Positions 61,196 through 64,000 of a DNA stretch of 64,000 bases are shown in pieces. The position numbers were made by a program, and so were the translations under genes. The stretch lies in NCBI RefSeq assembly GCF_964355755.1, contig NC_092675.1, positions 31,406,912 to 31,470,911 on the forward strand, in the 5' to 3' direction. Under the pieces are notes generated by a model. It was given only the letters and a program-made list of their open reading frames with translations. It had not been told where the DNA came from and made no database searches. Positions within the stretch are counted from its first letter, which is position 1. Each line of letters opens with the position of its first letter. Source of the DNA: Antedon mediterranea (lineage: Eukaryota; Animalia; Echinodermata).

Positions 61196-62473
61196 TGAGT
61201 TTTTAAAGACTGCCCAAACATTTTTCAGTTTAGACGTTTTTTAACGTTGCTAAATACAAGCGTTTAGAAAGATTGTCAAGGGTTGGTTACAGCCTTCTAG
61301 ATAGTCTGGGCTCCAGACGGAGTTTTGTAAAAATATAAATATTTTTGCACATATGGCGTTTCATACGTGTATTACTTGAGTTTGGATTTGGTTTGTATTT
61401 TCAGACAAAAATCGCGGTCGAAATAAAAACAAATAAATAAAAAAAAGACAATAAATACAGACTTGGGGCAAGTCTACCTTCTAGACTGTGGTAGTAGAAA
61501 AGGCTGGAGACGATTCAGAATAACTAGGCTACAGTATTAGCAAATTACTGTACACAATTAAGGTAAAAACTGCGACAAATATCTGGACCCTAAAACAGAG
61601 GCCAATAAAGATTTGATTTGACTTTGCTACTCACTGGATAAACTTTATATTTGAAAACTTGGAATCAAATTTACAATAGGCTACAATACAAATGTTCATA
61701 TAAATAGTAAACTACAGTAATCTGTATTAAAGTAGATAGTGTATTATTATCACAATGTTTTACTTCCAAACCATACAACTCACCAAACCATAGTGAATAT
61801 TGTTCTACAGGAGGCAATTAGAATTACAACTATTATATTACAATTATGTAAATTTACTGTTAAAAACACAGAAGCTATGCAAAGAAGTTTGGAAATTCCT
61901 GGAGAAAAACATCACAGCATAATGATGATGATGATACAGTGTGGGCAAATATGATATAACATCAATACAAATATTTATAGTATCCAATGAATTATAAGTA
62001 GATGGAGTGGAGCTAAAAGACACCACAAAACACTTAACTGATACTCCATAGTGTGCTTTATACCAACTACTAACCGTAAAACCAAATTCATCACGGTAAA
62101 AAGTTTAATTCTAGTTTAATTTGATTTATAGAATAAAAGACAAATTTGAATACAAACATTCGACACTAGCACCAAGACACGGTTTAAGTTAATCTTCAAT
62201 GCCATTACTCAGTTACTTGCTATTTAAGTATTTATATTATACCACCATGATTTCCTTTCCATAAATATGTAAAGTTGGTGCTGAAAACTGTAATTAACTG
62301 TCTTCAATAATCATAAAGATATGTACACTTTTCAAGTCTATGTCCACAAATGTATCCAACAATATTTCTAAATTTACAGACCTTCTATTTTTCTAAAACT
62401 ATTCCAGAATACATGTTGGTTTCAAAGGGTGTACAGTATTCAAATGCATTATAAAGGTACAGGTTGCAAAGCC

Positions 62474-64000
<1,527 letters not shown>

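Overview
AT-rich, intron-rich eukaryotic (invertebrate animal) genomic DNA; not prokaryotic, and no CRISPR array. Three host genes lie on the minus strand: the 5' part of a ZSWIM4/5/6-like gene (four exons, ~21.5-kb first intron), a complete 14-exon SCP2/SCPx gene (thiolase plus sterol-carrier domain, C-terminal AKL) and the 3' end of AMPK catalytic subunit alpha. Introns and intergenic DNA carry many minisatellites, MITEs, a foldback element, a truncated RTE-like LINE, tRNA-derived SINE heads and a degenerate hammerhead motif. The main find is a ~6.6-kb two-gene DNA transposon (~31965-38562) in SCP2 intron 10. Its intact five-exon P-element/THAP9-type transposase has a RAG1-like N-terminal zinc-binding domain in place of THAP and appears to lack the usual P C-terminal domain. 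A convergent second gene encodes a PHD finger plus a domain resembling that missing C-terminus, giving a RAG1/RAG2-like tail-to-tail layout on a P-type catalytic core. Three short palindromes flanked by 7-bp duplications look like P-type excision footprints. All gene models and domain calls were read by eye and not verified by database search.
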